From contig JAXLZM010000002.1 of assembly GCA_046350855.1 (NCBI GenBank), positions 78,103 through 142,102 of the forward strand: a DNA stretch of 64,000 nucleotides, written 5' to 3'. Source of the DNA: Candidatus Anderseniibacteriota bacterium (GTDB taxonomy: Bacteria > Patescibacteriota > JAUYIX01). Made by a program: the position numbers and the translations under genes. Below, in pieces: positions 18,372 through 28,124 of the stretch (position 1 is the first letter of the stretch; every line of letters begins with the position of its first letter). The notes under the pieces are model-generated. The model saw only the letters and a program-made list of their open reading frames with translations. It searched no databases and was not told the DNA's origin.

Positions 18372-18415
18372 CCAGGCGCGTTGCGTCGGTAGGGATTTTA
18401 GGTAAGTATCTACTC

Positions 18416-21085
18416 ATGCCTGACCGCACGCCGGTTCTGCCGACGGCTTATACGCCAACCGATTACGAACAAAAAATCTATAGGCTCTGGGAACAGGGTG
18501 ATTATTTTAGAGGCGTTATCGATCCGGATAAAGAACCGTACTGCATTAGCATGCCACCGCCCAACATTACAGGGGTTTTGCACTTGGGACACGCCACCGC
18601 CGGGACGCTCGAGGATGCCTTGATCCGCTTTGAGCGTATGCGGGGCAAGGCCGCACTGTTTTTACCGGGCACCGATCACGCTGCTATCGCTACACAAGTG
18701 GTGGTTGAAGAAAAGATCGCTAAAGAAGAGGGCAAAACCCGGCACGATCTAGGCCGCGAGGAATTTTTAAAGCGCGTGCGTGCTTTTGTAAAAACGACCA
18801 AGTCGCGTATCGACACCCAGCAACGGCGTCTGGGTCTCTCGGCCGACTGGTCGCGTGAGCGCTACACGCTTGATGAACCCATGACGCGGGCCGTCAACGA
18901 AGCCTTTGTCCGCCTGTACAACGACGGCCTGATTTATCGTGGACAACGTATTGTGCATTGGGATGCCAAACTGCACACAACCGTCTCCGATGAGGAGATC
19001 GAATATACACAGGAGTCGGCTCCACTCTACACCCTGCAGTACGGCCCCTTCCAAATTACAACGGCCCGTCCTGAGACAAAATTTGGCGATAAGTATGTAG
19101 TAGTGCACCCCGATGACAAGCGCTACGGTGAATACGAGGACGGCGACACCGTTACCGCGGAGTGGATCAATGGTCCGGTGACCGCCACGATTATTAAAGA
19201 TAAAGCCATCGATCCTACCTTTGGAACCGGTGTTATGACCATTACGCCTTGGCATGATGCGGTCGACTTTGCAATTGCCGAGCGCCACGAGCTCGATCGG
19301 GAACAAATCATTGATTTCGATGGACGTCTTCTGCCGATAGCGGGTGAGTTCGCCGGGATGACGATTAAGGAAGCTCGACCAAAAATCGTCGAAAAACTCA
19401 AGATGAAGGCGCTGTTGGTTAAGACCGATACTGGGTACACCCACAATATTGCAGTTAACAGTCGCGGCGGTAACGTGATCGAACCCCAAATCATGCAGCA
19501 ATGGTTTGTAAAGGTTGCGCCCCTGGCAAAAAAGGCACTCAAGGCGGTCAAGAGCGGTAAAATCGAGATCGTTCCGCCACAGTTTACAAAGGTCTACTAC
19601 CAGTGGATGGAAAATCTGCATGACTGGAACATCTCGCGTCAGATTTGGTGGGGGCACCGGATCCCGGTCTTTACTTGCAACAAGTGTGCGCATCAGTTTG
19701 TTTCGGTAGAACCGGCACAGGAATGTCCCAAGTGTAAAGGGGGCTTGACCCAGGATCCGGATACATTAGACACCTGGTTCTCGTCGGGCTTATGGACTTT
19801 TGCAACATTAGGTTGGCCCAACAAAACACGCGATCTCGAGTTTTGGCACCCCACGGCCGTGCTCGAGACCGGCCGCGACATTTTGTTCTTTTGGGTCTCG
19901 CGCATGATTATGCTCAGTCTGTACTTGGTGGGGGAGGTTCCCTTTAAAAAGGTGTATCTGCATGGGCTGGTGTTAGATACAGACGGACAAAAAATGTCTA
20001 AGTCCAAAGGTAACGGGATCGATCCGCTTGAGATGGCTGACAAGTACGGGATGGATGCGGTGCGTCTTTCGCTCGTAATTGGCATCTCACCCGGTCAAGA
20101 CACGCGCCTCAGCCCCCAGAAAATCGCCCGCCAGCGCAATGTCATTAATAAATTGTGGAATATCGCCCGTTTTGTGAGTACCACCACGGAGTGTAAGCGG
20201 ACATGTAGTCGACTGGAGGAGATCCAACTAGGACAACTGGCCATTGAGGACCAGTGGATTTTGCATCGTCTCGCTGAGGTTACCGAACAGGCCACGCGTG
20301 GGCTTGAGGAATTCCGTTTTAGTGATGCGACGCAAACCGTGCTCGACTTTACCTGGAACGATTTTGCCGATTGGTACCTCGAGATTGCTAAGTTCACCGC
20401 CAAGCAGGCGACACCCAAAGCACGCGCGGCAAAAAACGATATTTTGCTTGCAGTGCTGGAGCAGATCCTCACCCTCTTGCATCCGATTTTGCCTTTTGTG
20501 ACCGAGGTGCTCTGGCAAGAACTCAAAAAGGCCGATCCCGACACGGCTCGACGACCAGACTTGATCGTCGCACCTTGGCCCTCGAGTAGTAACACGTTGC
20601 GTAACAAAAAAAGTGCCGACCAGTTTGAACAACTTCGCACACTCGTGCGTGGTTTACGGGCTATCCGGGCAGACTATCGCATTGCGAACGCTACTACTCT
20701 CCAAGTTACGTTGAGCGGCGCGCACTCTCTGACTGGAGACCCCGCTCTCACGACACTCCTCCAGGCCTTAGCGCGGGTCACGGTTAGCGACGGTTCTGCC
20801 AAAGATAAAAACACCAAGGAGGTTAAACGTACATTTGGTCCAATTGTGGTGACTGCGCACATCCAAGCTCATGCCGATGTGCATAAAGAGCACGCGCGGC
20901 TCAACAAAGAACTCTCTAAAGCGAGTGTGGCGTTACGTGCCCTGGAGGGTCGTCTCGCCAGCAAAACCTTTACTAAAAAAGCGCCCGCAGCGGTTGTAGA
21001 GCAGGAGCGCGAGCGCAAAAAAACGCTCAAACGCAAAGTCCAAGAACTCTCGCGCCTGGTGGATGAGATGGGACGGCTGCAATAA
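18416..21085 (+). CDS. valS: Valine--tRNA ligase
   Basis: 'PPPNITGVLHLGHA' HIGH region, 'KMSKSKGN' KMSKS motif, C-terminal coiled coil. Confidence 0.9.
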   Translation: MPDRTPVLPTAYTPTDYEQKIYRLWEQGDYFRGVIDPDKEPYCISMPPPNITGVLHLGHATAGTLEDALIRFERMRGKAALFLPGTDHAAIATQVVVEEKIAKEEGKTRHDLGREEFLKRVRAFVKTTKSRIDTQQRRLGLSADWSRERYTLDEPMTRAVNEAFVRLYNDGLIYRGQRIVHWDAKLHTTVSDEEIEYTQESAPLYTLQYGPFQITTARPETKFGDKYVVVHPDDKRYGEYEDGDTVTAEWINGPVTATIIKDKAIDPTFGTGVMTITPWHDAVDFAIAERHELDREQIIDFDGRLLPIAGEFAGMTIKEARPKIVEKLKMKALLVKTDTGYTHNIAVNSRGGNVIEPQIMQQWFVKVAPLAKKALKAVKSGKIEIVPPQFTKVYYQWMENLHDWNISRQIWWGHRIPVFTCNKCAHQFVSVEPAQECPKCKGGLTQDPDTLDTWFSSGLWTFATLGWPNKTRDLEFWHPTAVLETGRDILFFWVSRMIMLSLYLVGEVPFKKVYLHGLVLDTDGQKMSKSKGNGIDPLEMADKYGMDAVRLSLVIGISPGQDTRLSPQKIARQRNVINKLWNIARFVSTTTECKRTCSRLEEIQLGQLAIEDQWILHRLAEVTEQATRGLEEFRFSDATQTVLDFTWNDFADWYLEIAKFTAKQATPKARAAKNDILLAVLEQILTLLHPILPFVTEVLWQELKKADPDTARRPDLIVAPWPSSSNTLRNKKSADQFEQLRTLVRGLRAIRADYRIANATTLQVTLSGAHSLTGDPALTTLLQALARVTVSDGSAKDKNTKEVKRTFGPIVVTAHIQAHADVHKEHARLNKELSKASVALRALEGRLASKTFTKKAPAAVVEQERERKKTLKRKVQELSRLVDEMGRLQ

Positions 21086-21100
21086 GGTACACTACTCCAG

Positions 21101-22615
21101 ATGGTAGTGCTCTCGGCCCGGATCGAAGATCCAAAAATTGCGCATTCGCTGACAAAAAACCTTAAACGTCGACAACTCGCGTGGCGTTTAGTCTGGATTG
21201 GCTTACTGGCCGCAATGCTTGCCGCCGGAGTGTATGGGTACTATAGGTATGCGGCCTATGGCCGTGCCAAAGTTGCGTTGCTCGTGCAAGAGGCCCAACA
21301 GGATGAGGCAAAGTTCGCCCTGACCGCGGCTCTGGCTAAGTATACCGAGGCTCAGGCCTTGCAAGCCGTGGCCCCGAGCGGTGCGGCCGAGGCTTATTAT
21401 CGAGCAGCCCTGCTCTACGAGGGTAAGGCTGATCATGCTAAAGCTCAGGAGTTGCTCAAACAGGCCGAACAACTGGATGACGCTCAGATACGCTACCCTT
21501 TGGCCCTTGGTCGCTCGCTTGTGGTCACACGTTCGGCCGATTTGGCAGAACAAGCCTTTGATCGAGCTTTGGCGCTCGAACCCAATAATCCCGAAGTCTT
21601 AACCGGCAAAGCGCGGGTCGCTTTGTTGCGGCAGGATCCGACGACGGCGTTGGAGTTACTCGGTCAGGCTCTCGATCAGCACGGCGATAACAAGGCCGAC
21701 GTCCTTACCGAGGCGACCTTGCTCAAAGCAATTTTGGACGTGCACACTCGGCCAACGAGCAGCAGTGAGACGTTTGTGCAGATTGCGGGCACCTCGAGCA
21801 ATAAAGGGTTTGCGGCCACCGCACGCACCCTCGCTCCGATTGCTGATCAGATCAACACCAAGCTTGATGCCCCCAGTTTTGAACGTGTCCTGGTAGGCGC
21901 GGCTCTGATCGAACACAATGAGCTCGACTTAGCCTTACTCGAATTACGTGACGCGACCGAGCGCGACCAGTCCTATCGGGATGCCTGGGTCAATCGTGCC
22001 GAAGCTGAATTGTTGCTCTCGGATTTGGACAGCGCCCAAGCCTCGATCGATAAGGCGCTGCTGCTTGACCCAACCTTTGGGTTCTCCCGCTTTGTGGTCG
22101 GACAAATTGCGCAACGTCGTGACAAGTTGCAAGAGGCCCGCAGCGCCTTTGAACAAGCGCTCGAGCAGCGCTACAACGAGCCACAGGTATACCTTGCACT
22201 CGCCGATGTGCTGGTCCAGCTCAATGACCCCAGCGCAGCGATCAAAAAACTTCAGGGTGCGGTCGAGGCCAAGATCGAATCCCATGAAGTATATGATCGG
22301 CTGTTTTGGCTACTAGTTGAAGCTGGTAAAGACCAACAAGCGCTCCAAGTCGCACAGCGCTACACAACGTTTGATGACCGAGGAACAACCGCGCAGGGGT
22401 TGCTCGCCTATGCCCAGTTGCTGACGGGTACTACGGAGACCGCATTAAAAACCGCCGAGTCTCTCCTGACCCGTGACCCACTCTCAGCGATCGGCTCGCT
22501 CGTCGTCGGTGTTCTCAAAAACGACCGGGTCTTTTTAGAGAAGGCGCGCGATCTAGACCTTGGGGGTAAAGTCGCGCACCTGGCGAACCAGGCGCTTGAG
22601 GCGCAAGCAGAGTAG
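21101..22615 (+). CDS. TPR-repeat membrane-anchored protein
   Basis: N-terminal TM, then multiple A/L/Y-rich 34-residue repeats ('AEAYYRAALLYEGKADHAKAQELLKQA…'). Confidence 0.55.
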   Translation: MVVLSARIEDPKIAHSLTKNLKRRQLAWRLVWIGLLAAMLAAGVYGYYRYAAYGRAKVALLVQEAQQDEAKFALTAALAKYTEAQALQAVAPSGAAEAYYRAALLYEGKADHAKAQELLKQAEQLDDAQIRYPLALGRSLVVTRSADLAEQAFDRALALEPNNPEVLTGKARVALLRQDPTTALELLGQALDQHGDNKADVLTEATLLKAILDVHTRPTSSSETFVQIAGTSSNKGFAATARTLAPIADQINTKLDAPSFERVLVGAALIEHNELDLALLELRDATERDQSYRDAWVNRAEAELLLSDLDSAQASIDKALLLDPTFGFSRFVVGQIAQRRDKLQEARSAFEQALEQRYNEPQVYLALADVLVQLNDPSAAIKKLQGAVEAKIESHEVYDRLFWLLVEAGKDQQALQVAQRYTTFDDRGTTAQGLLAYAQLLTGTTETALKTAESLLTRDPLSAIGSLVVGVLKNDRVFLEKARDLDLGGKVAHLANQALEAQAE

Positions 22616-22688
22616 TTTCGGCTGTATTTCACAAAAAGTCCCCAAACTTTTCACAAATACACCAGCGTGCTACGTATAGGTTCAGCCT

Positions 22689-23360
22689 ATGAGATTACTT
22701 ATTGTAGAAGACGAAAAAGAGCTAGCCCGACCCCTCAAAGAGGGTTTGGAGTACCAAAAGTACGCTGTAGATTTAGCCTTTGACGGGGGTGAGGGGGAGC
22801 GTCTGGCTCGGGAGAACAACTACGACGTGATCATCCTGGACATCATGTTGCCGCAAAAGGATGGTATCTCGATTACTAAGAGCCTGCGCTCGGACGGTAT
22901 CTCGACTCCGATTTTGATGCTGACTGCCAAGGGCACCGTAGAAGACAAAACGGTTGGACTCGATGCGGGTGCGGACGATTATTTGCCCAAGCCCTTTGCC
23001 TTTGGAGAACTCTCCGCTCGAGTCCGCGCGCTGCTCCGTCGCGCCGGAGGCGAGAAAAAACCGGTCTTGCAAGTGGCCGACTTACAGTTGGATCCTGCCA
23101 CGCACGACATCACGCGCGCGGGCAAAAAAATCGACCTGGTCAAAAAAGATTTTCAGCTGCTCGAATATTTAATGCGCAACGCCGAGCGGGTTTTGACCCG
23201 CGCCGAAATCGAAGAGCACGTCTGGGACCGCAATGCCGAGCTCTGGTCGGACGTGATCCGCTCACACATCAAAACCTTGCGGGCCAAAATCGACAAGGGT
23301 CACAAGCTCAAGCTGATCCGCACGATTCATGGGGTGGGGTATAAAATCTCAGCCAAATAA
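22689..23360 (+). CDS. OmpR-family two-component response regulator
   Basis: Receiver 'MRLLIVEDE…DVIILDIMLP…LMLTAKG' and a winged-helix output domain 'IRTIHGVGYKI'. Confidence 0.85.
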   Translation: MRLLIVEDEKELARPLKEGLEYQKYAVDLAFDGGEGERLARENNYDVIILDIMLPQKDGISITKSLRSDGISTPILMLTAKGTVEDKTVGLDAGADDYLPKPFAFGELSARVRALLRRAGGEKKPVLQVADLQLDPATHDITRAGKKIDLVKKDFQLLEYLMRNAERVLTRAEIEEHVWDRNAELWSDVIRSHIKTLRAKIDKGHKLKLIRTIHGVGYKISAK

Positions 23361-23431
23361 ATCGCAGTCGGGCGGTTCGTCCGAGTCCGTCTCAAGCTGG
23401 ACTACTAAGCGCGTGGTGCTAGTCTAGCTCC

Positions 23432-24868
23432 ATGGCTATGTTAAGCGACTTAATGCAGCCCCTGCGGCGTTTGCGGCAGTTTGCCTCGGCCCGCCTCAAA
23501 TTGGTGACCTGGTTTGTGGCCGTCTTAGGTGGCGTCTTGATCGCCTTTGTGGCTTCGCTGATCGGCCTGGTGCACCACAACCTTTTTGCCGCGCTCAACG
23601 AGCGGCTCGTCACCAACACGCAGCAACTAGCCGACTTAGTAGAGTTCCGCCAGGGCGAACTCCTCTTTGCCAAGCTCGACCAAATTAGCCAAGAAAACGA
23701 GACCTTACGGACTTTTTCGGTCCAGATGGTCGGACCCAAAGGCACGGTCTTGTGGCAAGCCGCGCGTAACACGTTACCAGTCAGCAGTGCTGTCGAAAAA
23801 GCCTTTACCACCAACGAAGCCCAGTTGATTAACGTGGTGCTCCCCTTTGAGCGTTACCGCGTCTTGGCCAAACCCGTCACCCGTAACGGGCAAGTTGTAG
23901 GGGTGCTTCAATCGGGACTCAGTTTGCGTGATATCGATGAGGCTATCGCCAAACTCGTGATCGGCGCGCTCCTCAGTATCCCGGTCGCACTCGGTTTGGC
24001 CGGGTTTGCGGCCTGGTTTTTAGCGCTCAAAACGTTACGACCGATCGAGGAGAGCGTGCGTCGTCAGCGGCAGTTTATCCAGGATGCCTCACACGAGTTG
24101 CGTACACCCCTCGCTATTATCCAAAGCAACATCGATGTCAGTTTACAAAATCCCAACCCCAATGTGCCGCAACTGCAAGAGAAACTGCGCACGGTCAACG
24201 AGACGGCCCAGCGCATGGGTAAAATTATTACCGACCTCTTTACGCTCAGCACCTCTGACAGTCAGATGTTGCGTCTCAAACCACGCCTGATCCAGCTCGA
24301 TCACGTCGCGCGCGAGGTGGTCAAGCAAATGAAGAGCCTCGCTCGTAAAAAACAGCAACAACTGTTGCTGGGTGAACTAGAAGAACTAATCGTCTACGCC
24401 GACGAGGATCGCATCAAGCAGGTCATCACGATTTTTGTCGACAACGCCATCAAGTACACCCCAGAAAAAGGCATCATCACGGTAGCTGTTACCAAGACGC
24501 CCGCTATCGACTTTGCCAAAATTAGCATCAGTGACACTGGTCCTGGTATCTCCCGCGAAAATCAAGAGCGCATTTTTGAGCGTTTTTTTAGGGTCGACAA
24601 ATCCCGCTCGCGCGAGTTGGGCGGTAATGGCCTGGGACTGGCGATTGCCTCGACCTTGGTGCAACGTCAGCGCGGGCACATTAGTGTTCAAAGCAAACTC
24701 GGCAAGGGCACCCGCTTTGAAGTCTTTTTGCCCCTTGTGGCTAAGCGCTCCAGTAAAAAATCTCGGGGCAGCCTCACCTTTGGCTTACCAAAGTTATTCA
24801 CACTCAATGCAAAAAAGCCGGCAGAACCCGCCCAAAATCCACAGATTGCCCCCAGGAGCGGCTCCTAG
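23432..24868 (+). CDS. Sensor histidine kinase
   Basis: Two TM segments. H-box 'ASHELRTPLAII', N/G boxes 'DNAIKYTP…SISDTGPGIS…GGNGLGLAI'. Immediately downstream of the regulator. Confidence 0.85.
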   Translation: MAMLSDLMQPLRRLRQFASARLKLVTWFVAVLGGVLIAFVASLIGLVHHNLFAALNERLVTNTQQLADLVEFRQGELLFAKLDQISQENETLRTFSVQMVGPKGTVLWQAARNTLPVSSAVEKAFTTNEAQLINVVLPFERYRVLAKPVTRNGQVVGVLQSGLSLRDIDEAIAKLVIGALLSIPVALGLAGFAAWFLALKTLRPIEESVRRQRQFIQDASHELRTPLAIIQSNIDVSLQNPNPNVPQLQEKLRTVNETAQRMGKIITDLFTLSTSDSQMLRLKPRLIQLDHVAREVVKQMKSLARKKQQQLLLGELEELIVYADEDRIKQVITIFVDNAIKYTPEKGIITVAVTKTPAIDFAKISISDTGPGISRENQERIFERFFRVDKSRSRELGGNGLGLAIASTLVQRQRGHISVQSKLGKGTRFEVFLPLVAKRSSKKSRGSLTFGLPKLFTLNAKKPAEPAQNPQIAPRSGS

Positions 24869-24906
24869 TATACTAGTCGCACTAGCTCTAACGAAAAGGA
24901 GAGAAC

Positions 24907-25131
24907 ATGCCACGTCAAAAAGGTTCAGCCAAACGCAAGGGAAGCGCCAAAAAAGATTCGGCGTCCTTGCCCTACAACATGGTGATTTTTTACGTCATCA
25001 TTGGCTTGATCATGGGCATGGCCGTGGGCGCACTCGCGTTGCTCTACATTGCCCGGGTCCAAAACGACTACCAGCAAACGCTCAACGATACCTCGGCTCA
25101 GATTCTGCAGTACACGCCGCGGATTCGCTAA
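24907..25131 (+). CDS. Small single-pass membrane protein
   Basis: Strong RBS 'aaggagag' 4 nt before the ATG. Basic N-terminus then TM 'MVIFYVIIGLIMGMAVGALALLYIA'. Confidence 0.5.
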   Translation: MPRQKGSAKRKGSAKKDSASLPYNMVIFYVIIGLIMGMAVGALALLYIARVQNDYQQTLNDTSAQILQYTPRIR

Positions 25132-25156
25132 GCAGGATTGAGTCAGGTCGTCTCTA

Positions 25157-25759
25157 ATGGCTACGACCACTCCTGACTCACACCTCAAAAATGGCCTTGG
25201 CCTCGGGATGATCCTGGGGGTCTTGGGTGGCTTACTCGTGGGTGTGGTGGTGTTACTCACGTTTGAACTCTCACGCCGCGACGCCTTGCTCGAGGTTGAA
25301 CAACGTCTCGCCGAGACCAACGAAAAAGTCACGACACCTGAGCGTGTAGGGACTGCCATCGACGCGGATGGAATGGATGAGAGTACTACTACGACACCAA
25401 GCACACCTACAACTCCACCAACACCCGGTGCGCCAACCATCAGCAAAACCACACCTGCCAATGGCGCAAAAAATGTTGCTAAAAACCTCGACAAGATTTT
25501 GATTACGTTTTCTGCGCCGATGCAGGGAGAGTTTTTTGACTCTAACTCGATCGGGATCTATCGCAACGGAATCAGAATCAGCAATCGTTTTAGCTATGAC
25601 TACAAAGCGTCCAGCAACACCGTGCAGGTAACCCTCTCCTCGGGACAAATCCTCGAGCCTGGTTCACAAATCGAGGTACGCGTCTCGGGTGAGGTCAAAT
25701 CAGCCACCGGTATGTCTTTGGGTGACACCCAGACGTTTTCGTTTACACTAGCCTCATGA
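25157..25759 (+). CDS. Membrane-anchored Ig-like (SbsA-Ig-like) domain protein
   Basis: TM 'LGLGMILGVLGGLLVGVVVLL', Thr/Pro linker, 'PTISKTTPANGAKNVAKNLDKILITFSAPM' Ig-like domain start. Confidence 0.5.
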   Translation: MATTTPDSHLKNGLGLGMILGVLGGLLVGVVVLLTFELSRRDALLEVEQRLAETNEKVTTPERVGTAIDADGMDESTTTTPSTPTTPPTPGAPTISKTTPANGAKNVAKNLDKILITFSAPMQGEFFDSNSIGIYRNGIRISNRFSYDYKASSNTVQVTLSSGQILEPGSQIEVRVSGEVKSATGMSLGDTQTFSFTLAS

Positions 25760-26289
25760 ACTCCCGCCGTACCAACCTCGTCATTGGCATCGTTATCGGG
25801 GTCTTGGCCGCTTTTTTGATCACGGCCTTGGCGATTTTACTGGTGCCACGCTTGCGCCCGATCGTAGGGCTCGGAGCCGATACCACCGAATCTACTACGC
25901 CCACTACTACAAACGTTGATGATCAAAATAACGCGACCAGTGCTTCTACTGGCTCGATCAGCACCGAGAGCGAAAATATTTCGGTAACGAGTCCGGCACC
26001 GCTTGATACGCTCGAGACGCCCGTGACGGTAGCGGGTTCGGCCCGAGTTTTTGAAAACACGGTGAGCATTCGCTTACTGGATGGAGACGGCACGGTTTTG
26101 GCGGAAGCCGTCGCAACCGCACAGGCCAGTGATGTGGGTCGCTTTGGACAATTTGAGACGGAGGTAGCCTTTGGACAAACTAAGTATCCACACGGGACAC
26201 TCGAAGTCTTTCAGGTCTCCGCGCGGGATGGCAGCGAGATCGACAAGGTGACGCTCCCAATCCGCTTTACAACAAGCGCCGGGATTTAG
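25756..26289 (+). CDS. Membrane-anchored Gmad2-type Ig-like domain protein
   Basis: TM, then 'SPAPLDTLETPVTVAGSARVFENTVSIRLLDGDGTVLAEAVATAQASDVGRFGQFETEV', which matches the GerM/Gmad2 Ig-like domain pattern. Confidence 0.5.
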   Translation: MNSRRTNLVIGIVIGVLAAFLITALAILLVPRLRPIVGLGADTTESTTPTTTNVDDQNNATSASTGSISTESENISVTSPAPLDTLETPVTVAGSARVFENTVSIRLLDGDGTVLAEAVATAQASDVGRFGQFETEVAFGQTKYPHGTLEVFQVSARDGSEIDKVTLPIRFTTSAGI

Positions 26290-28124
26290 ACTGAGCGCTC
26301 GACTTCTTCGAGCGTGGTGATTTTGTCGAGGGCTTTGAGGACACCGTCTTGCTTCATGAGGACCATACCCTGGGCCACGGCGGTCTCACGGATCTCGGCT
26401 GTGCTAGCGGCGGACAGGATCAGTTTTTCCATGGCGTCGTCGATGCGGAACACTTCAAAGACGCCTGTTCGGCCTTTGTAGCCCAAAAAATTGCAGGCCT
26501 TACAACCTTTGGGCAACGCCAGTGTAAGGTTGGGGTGGGTTTTAGTGACCTGGGCCATAAGTTTGGGTCCGAGGACGCTCTCGATGTACTGGCGGTCGGT
26601 CTCGCTCGGTTTGTACTCGGTAAAGCACTCTTGGCAGACTTTGCGGACCAGGCGTTGCGCGATTACGGCATTGATCGCCGGGGCCAACACAAAAGGACGA
26701 ACCCCCATGTCAATGAGACGCGGGAGTGCTCCGGCTGAGTCGTTGGTGTGTAAGGTCGAAAAAACGATGTGACCGGTGAGCGCGGCCGAGACGGCGGTCT
26801 CTGCGGTCTCTAAGTCGCGGATTTCGCCGACCAGGAGCACGTCTGGGTCTTGGCGTAGGATCGAACGCAGGCCGCGCGCAAAGGTGTAGCCTTTGCCCTC
26901 GTCCACTTGGGTTTGCTCGATACCCTCGAGACGATACTCAATTGGGTCCTCCAGGGTAATAATCTTGAGGCCCGGTGAGTTGAGGGTATGGACAAAGGAG
27001 TAGAGGGTCGTTGTTTTACCAGAGCCGGTTGGACCAGTGGTCAAGATCATGCCGTTAGGTTTTTTGAGTTCTTGCGCAATCACCTCGGCGGCTTGGTCAC
27101 GTAGTCCCAAGTCGGACACCTTGAGCAGCACCGCACCGACCCCCAGTAAGCGCATCACAACCGCCTCGCCGTACTGTGAGGGGATGATCGAGACACGTAC
27201 GTCGATTGGGCGCTCTTTGGTCTGAATGGTAAAGCGACCGTCCTGAGCAACGGCGCTCACGTTGAGTTTGAGTTTGGAGAGTAACTTGATGCGATTGATC
27301 AGCGGTTTGTGGGAGGCAAGCGGCAGCTCTGCAGCGTCATGCAAGATGCCGTCTAAGCGGTACCGCACGCGCAACAGGTCCGCGGTTGGCTCCAGGTGAA
27401 TATCCGTCGCCTCCAGCTGCAGCGCTGCCGCCGCTAAGAGATCGATCATCTCGGTCACGCTGGCGCTGTTGGCTCGAGTTTGAATTTCTTTGAGGCTGGT
27501 GACCGACTCTTGGAACTTAGCCAAATCTTGCTCGCTAATCGTGACCTCGGTCGCGGCCGGAGTGACATTCTTGATCAGGTTCTCGTAAAACCCAATAATG
27601 TGCGCCAAACTTGATTTTGAGACGTAATAACTTTTGGCGCGATAACCGGCTTTGGTGAGTTGCCCCACCATTTTTTTGTAACCGGGGTTGTTTGGATTGC
27701 TGGTCGCGACCCGCACTTGTTGATCCGAGACGATAAAGGGAGCGCTCTCGGCTTGCTCGGCCTGCTCCTTAGGGACCAGTTTGAGAGCGTTGAGTTCTAC
27801 CGGAAAGCCAAACAGATTAATGTAGGGCAAGCCCACCCCGCGCGAACCAATCTGGGCCTGGCTCTCCTCAAAGCGGCGATCGGTCGTACCGATTTTTAGG
27901 CCACTGACTCCTGCTGCGTTATTGGTAACACTACTCTGGCCCGCCTTGGCTAGAGTTGGTCGCGTTCGTTTGCCCGCCTCAAATTGCTTACGCAGCAAGT
28001 TTTGGCTGGGGTTGGGTCGGGCGCCCTGCTGCCGCGAGCGCGGTGTCTCCTCGTTGTTGCCCAGATTGCTGTCTCCTTGTGCCATCGCGGGGTTCAGTAT
28101 AGCCCGGCCGTGTGATTTGTTCAC
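26286..28124 (-). CDS. Type II/IV secretion ATPase (GspE/PilB family)
   Basis: Walker A 'GPTGSGKTTTLYS', 'LRQDPDVLLVGEIRD', tetracysteine 'CQEC…CKAC'. Long low-complexity N-terminus. Confidence 0.85.
   Translation of the reverse strand: MNKSHGRAILNPAMAQGDSNLGNNEETPRSRQQGARPNPSQNLLRKQFEAGKRTRPTLAKAGQSSVTNNAAGVSGLKIGTTDRRFEESQAQIGSRGVGLPYINLFGFPVELNALKLVPKEQAEQAESAPFIVSDQQVRVATSNPNNPGYKKMVGQLTKAGYRAKSYYVSKSSLAHIIGFYENLIKNVTPAATEVTISEQDLAKFQESVTSLKEIQTRANSASVTEMIDLLAAAALQLEATDIHLEPTADLLRVRYRLDGILHDAAELPLASHKPLINRIKLLSKLKLNVSAVAQDGRFTIQTKERPIDVRVSIIPSQYGEAVVMRLLGVGAVLLKVSDLGLRDQAAEVIAQELKKPNGMILTTGPTGSGKTTTLYSFVHTLNSPGLKIITLEDPIEYRLEGIEQTQVDEGKGYTFARGLRSILRQDPDVLLVGEIRDLETAETAVSAALTGHIVFSTLHTNDSAGALPRLIDMGVRPFVLAPAINAVIAQRLVRKVCQECFTEYKPSETDRQYIESVLGPKLMAQVTKTHPNLTLALPKGCKACNFLGYKGRTGVFEVFRIDDAMEKLILSAASTAEIRETAVAQGMVLMKQDGVLKALDKITTLEEVERSV

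Noticed and set aside
18767-19693. 308-aa minus-strand ORF inside valS
   Set aside because: It is antisense to a high-confidence valS frame and has no motifs.
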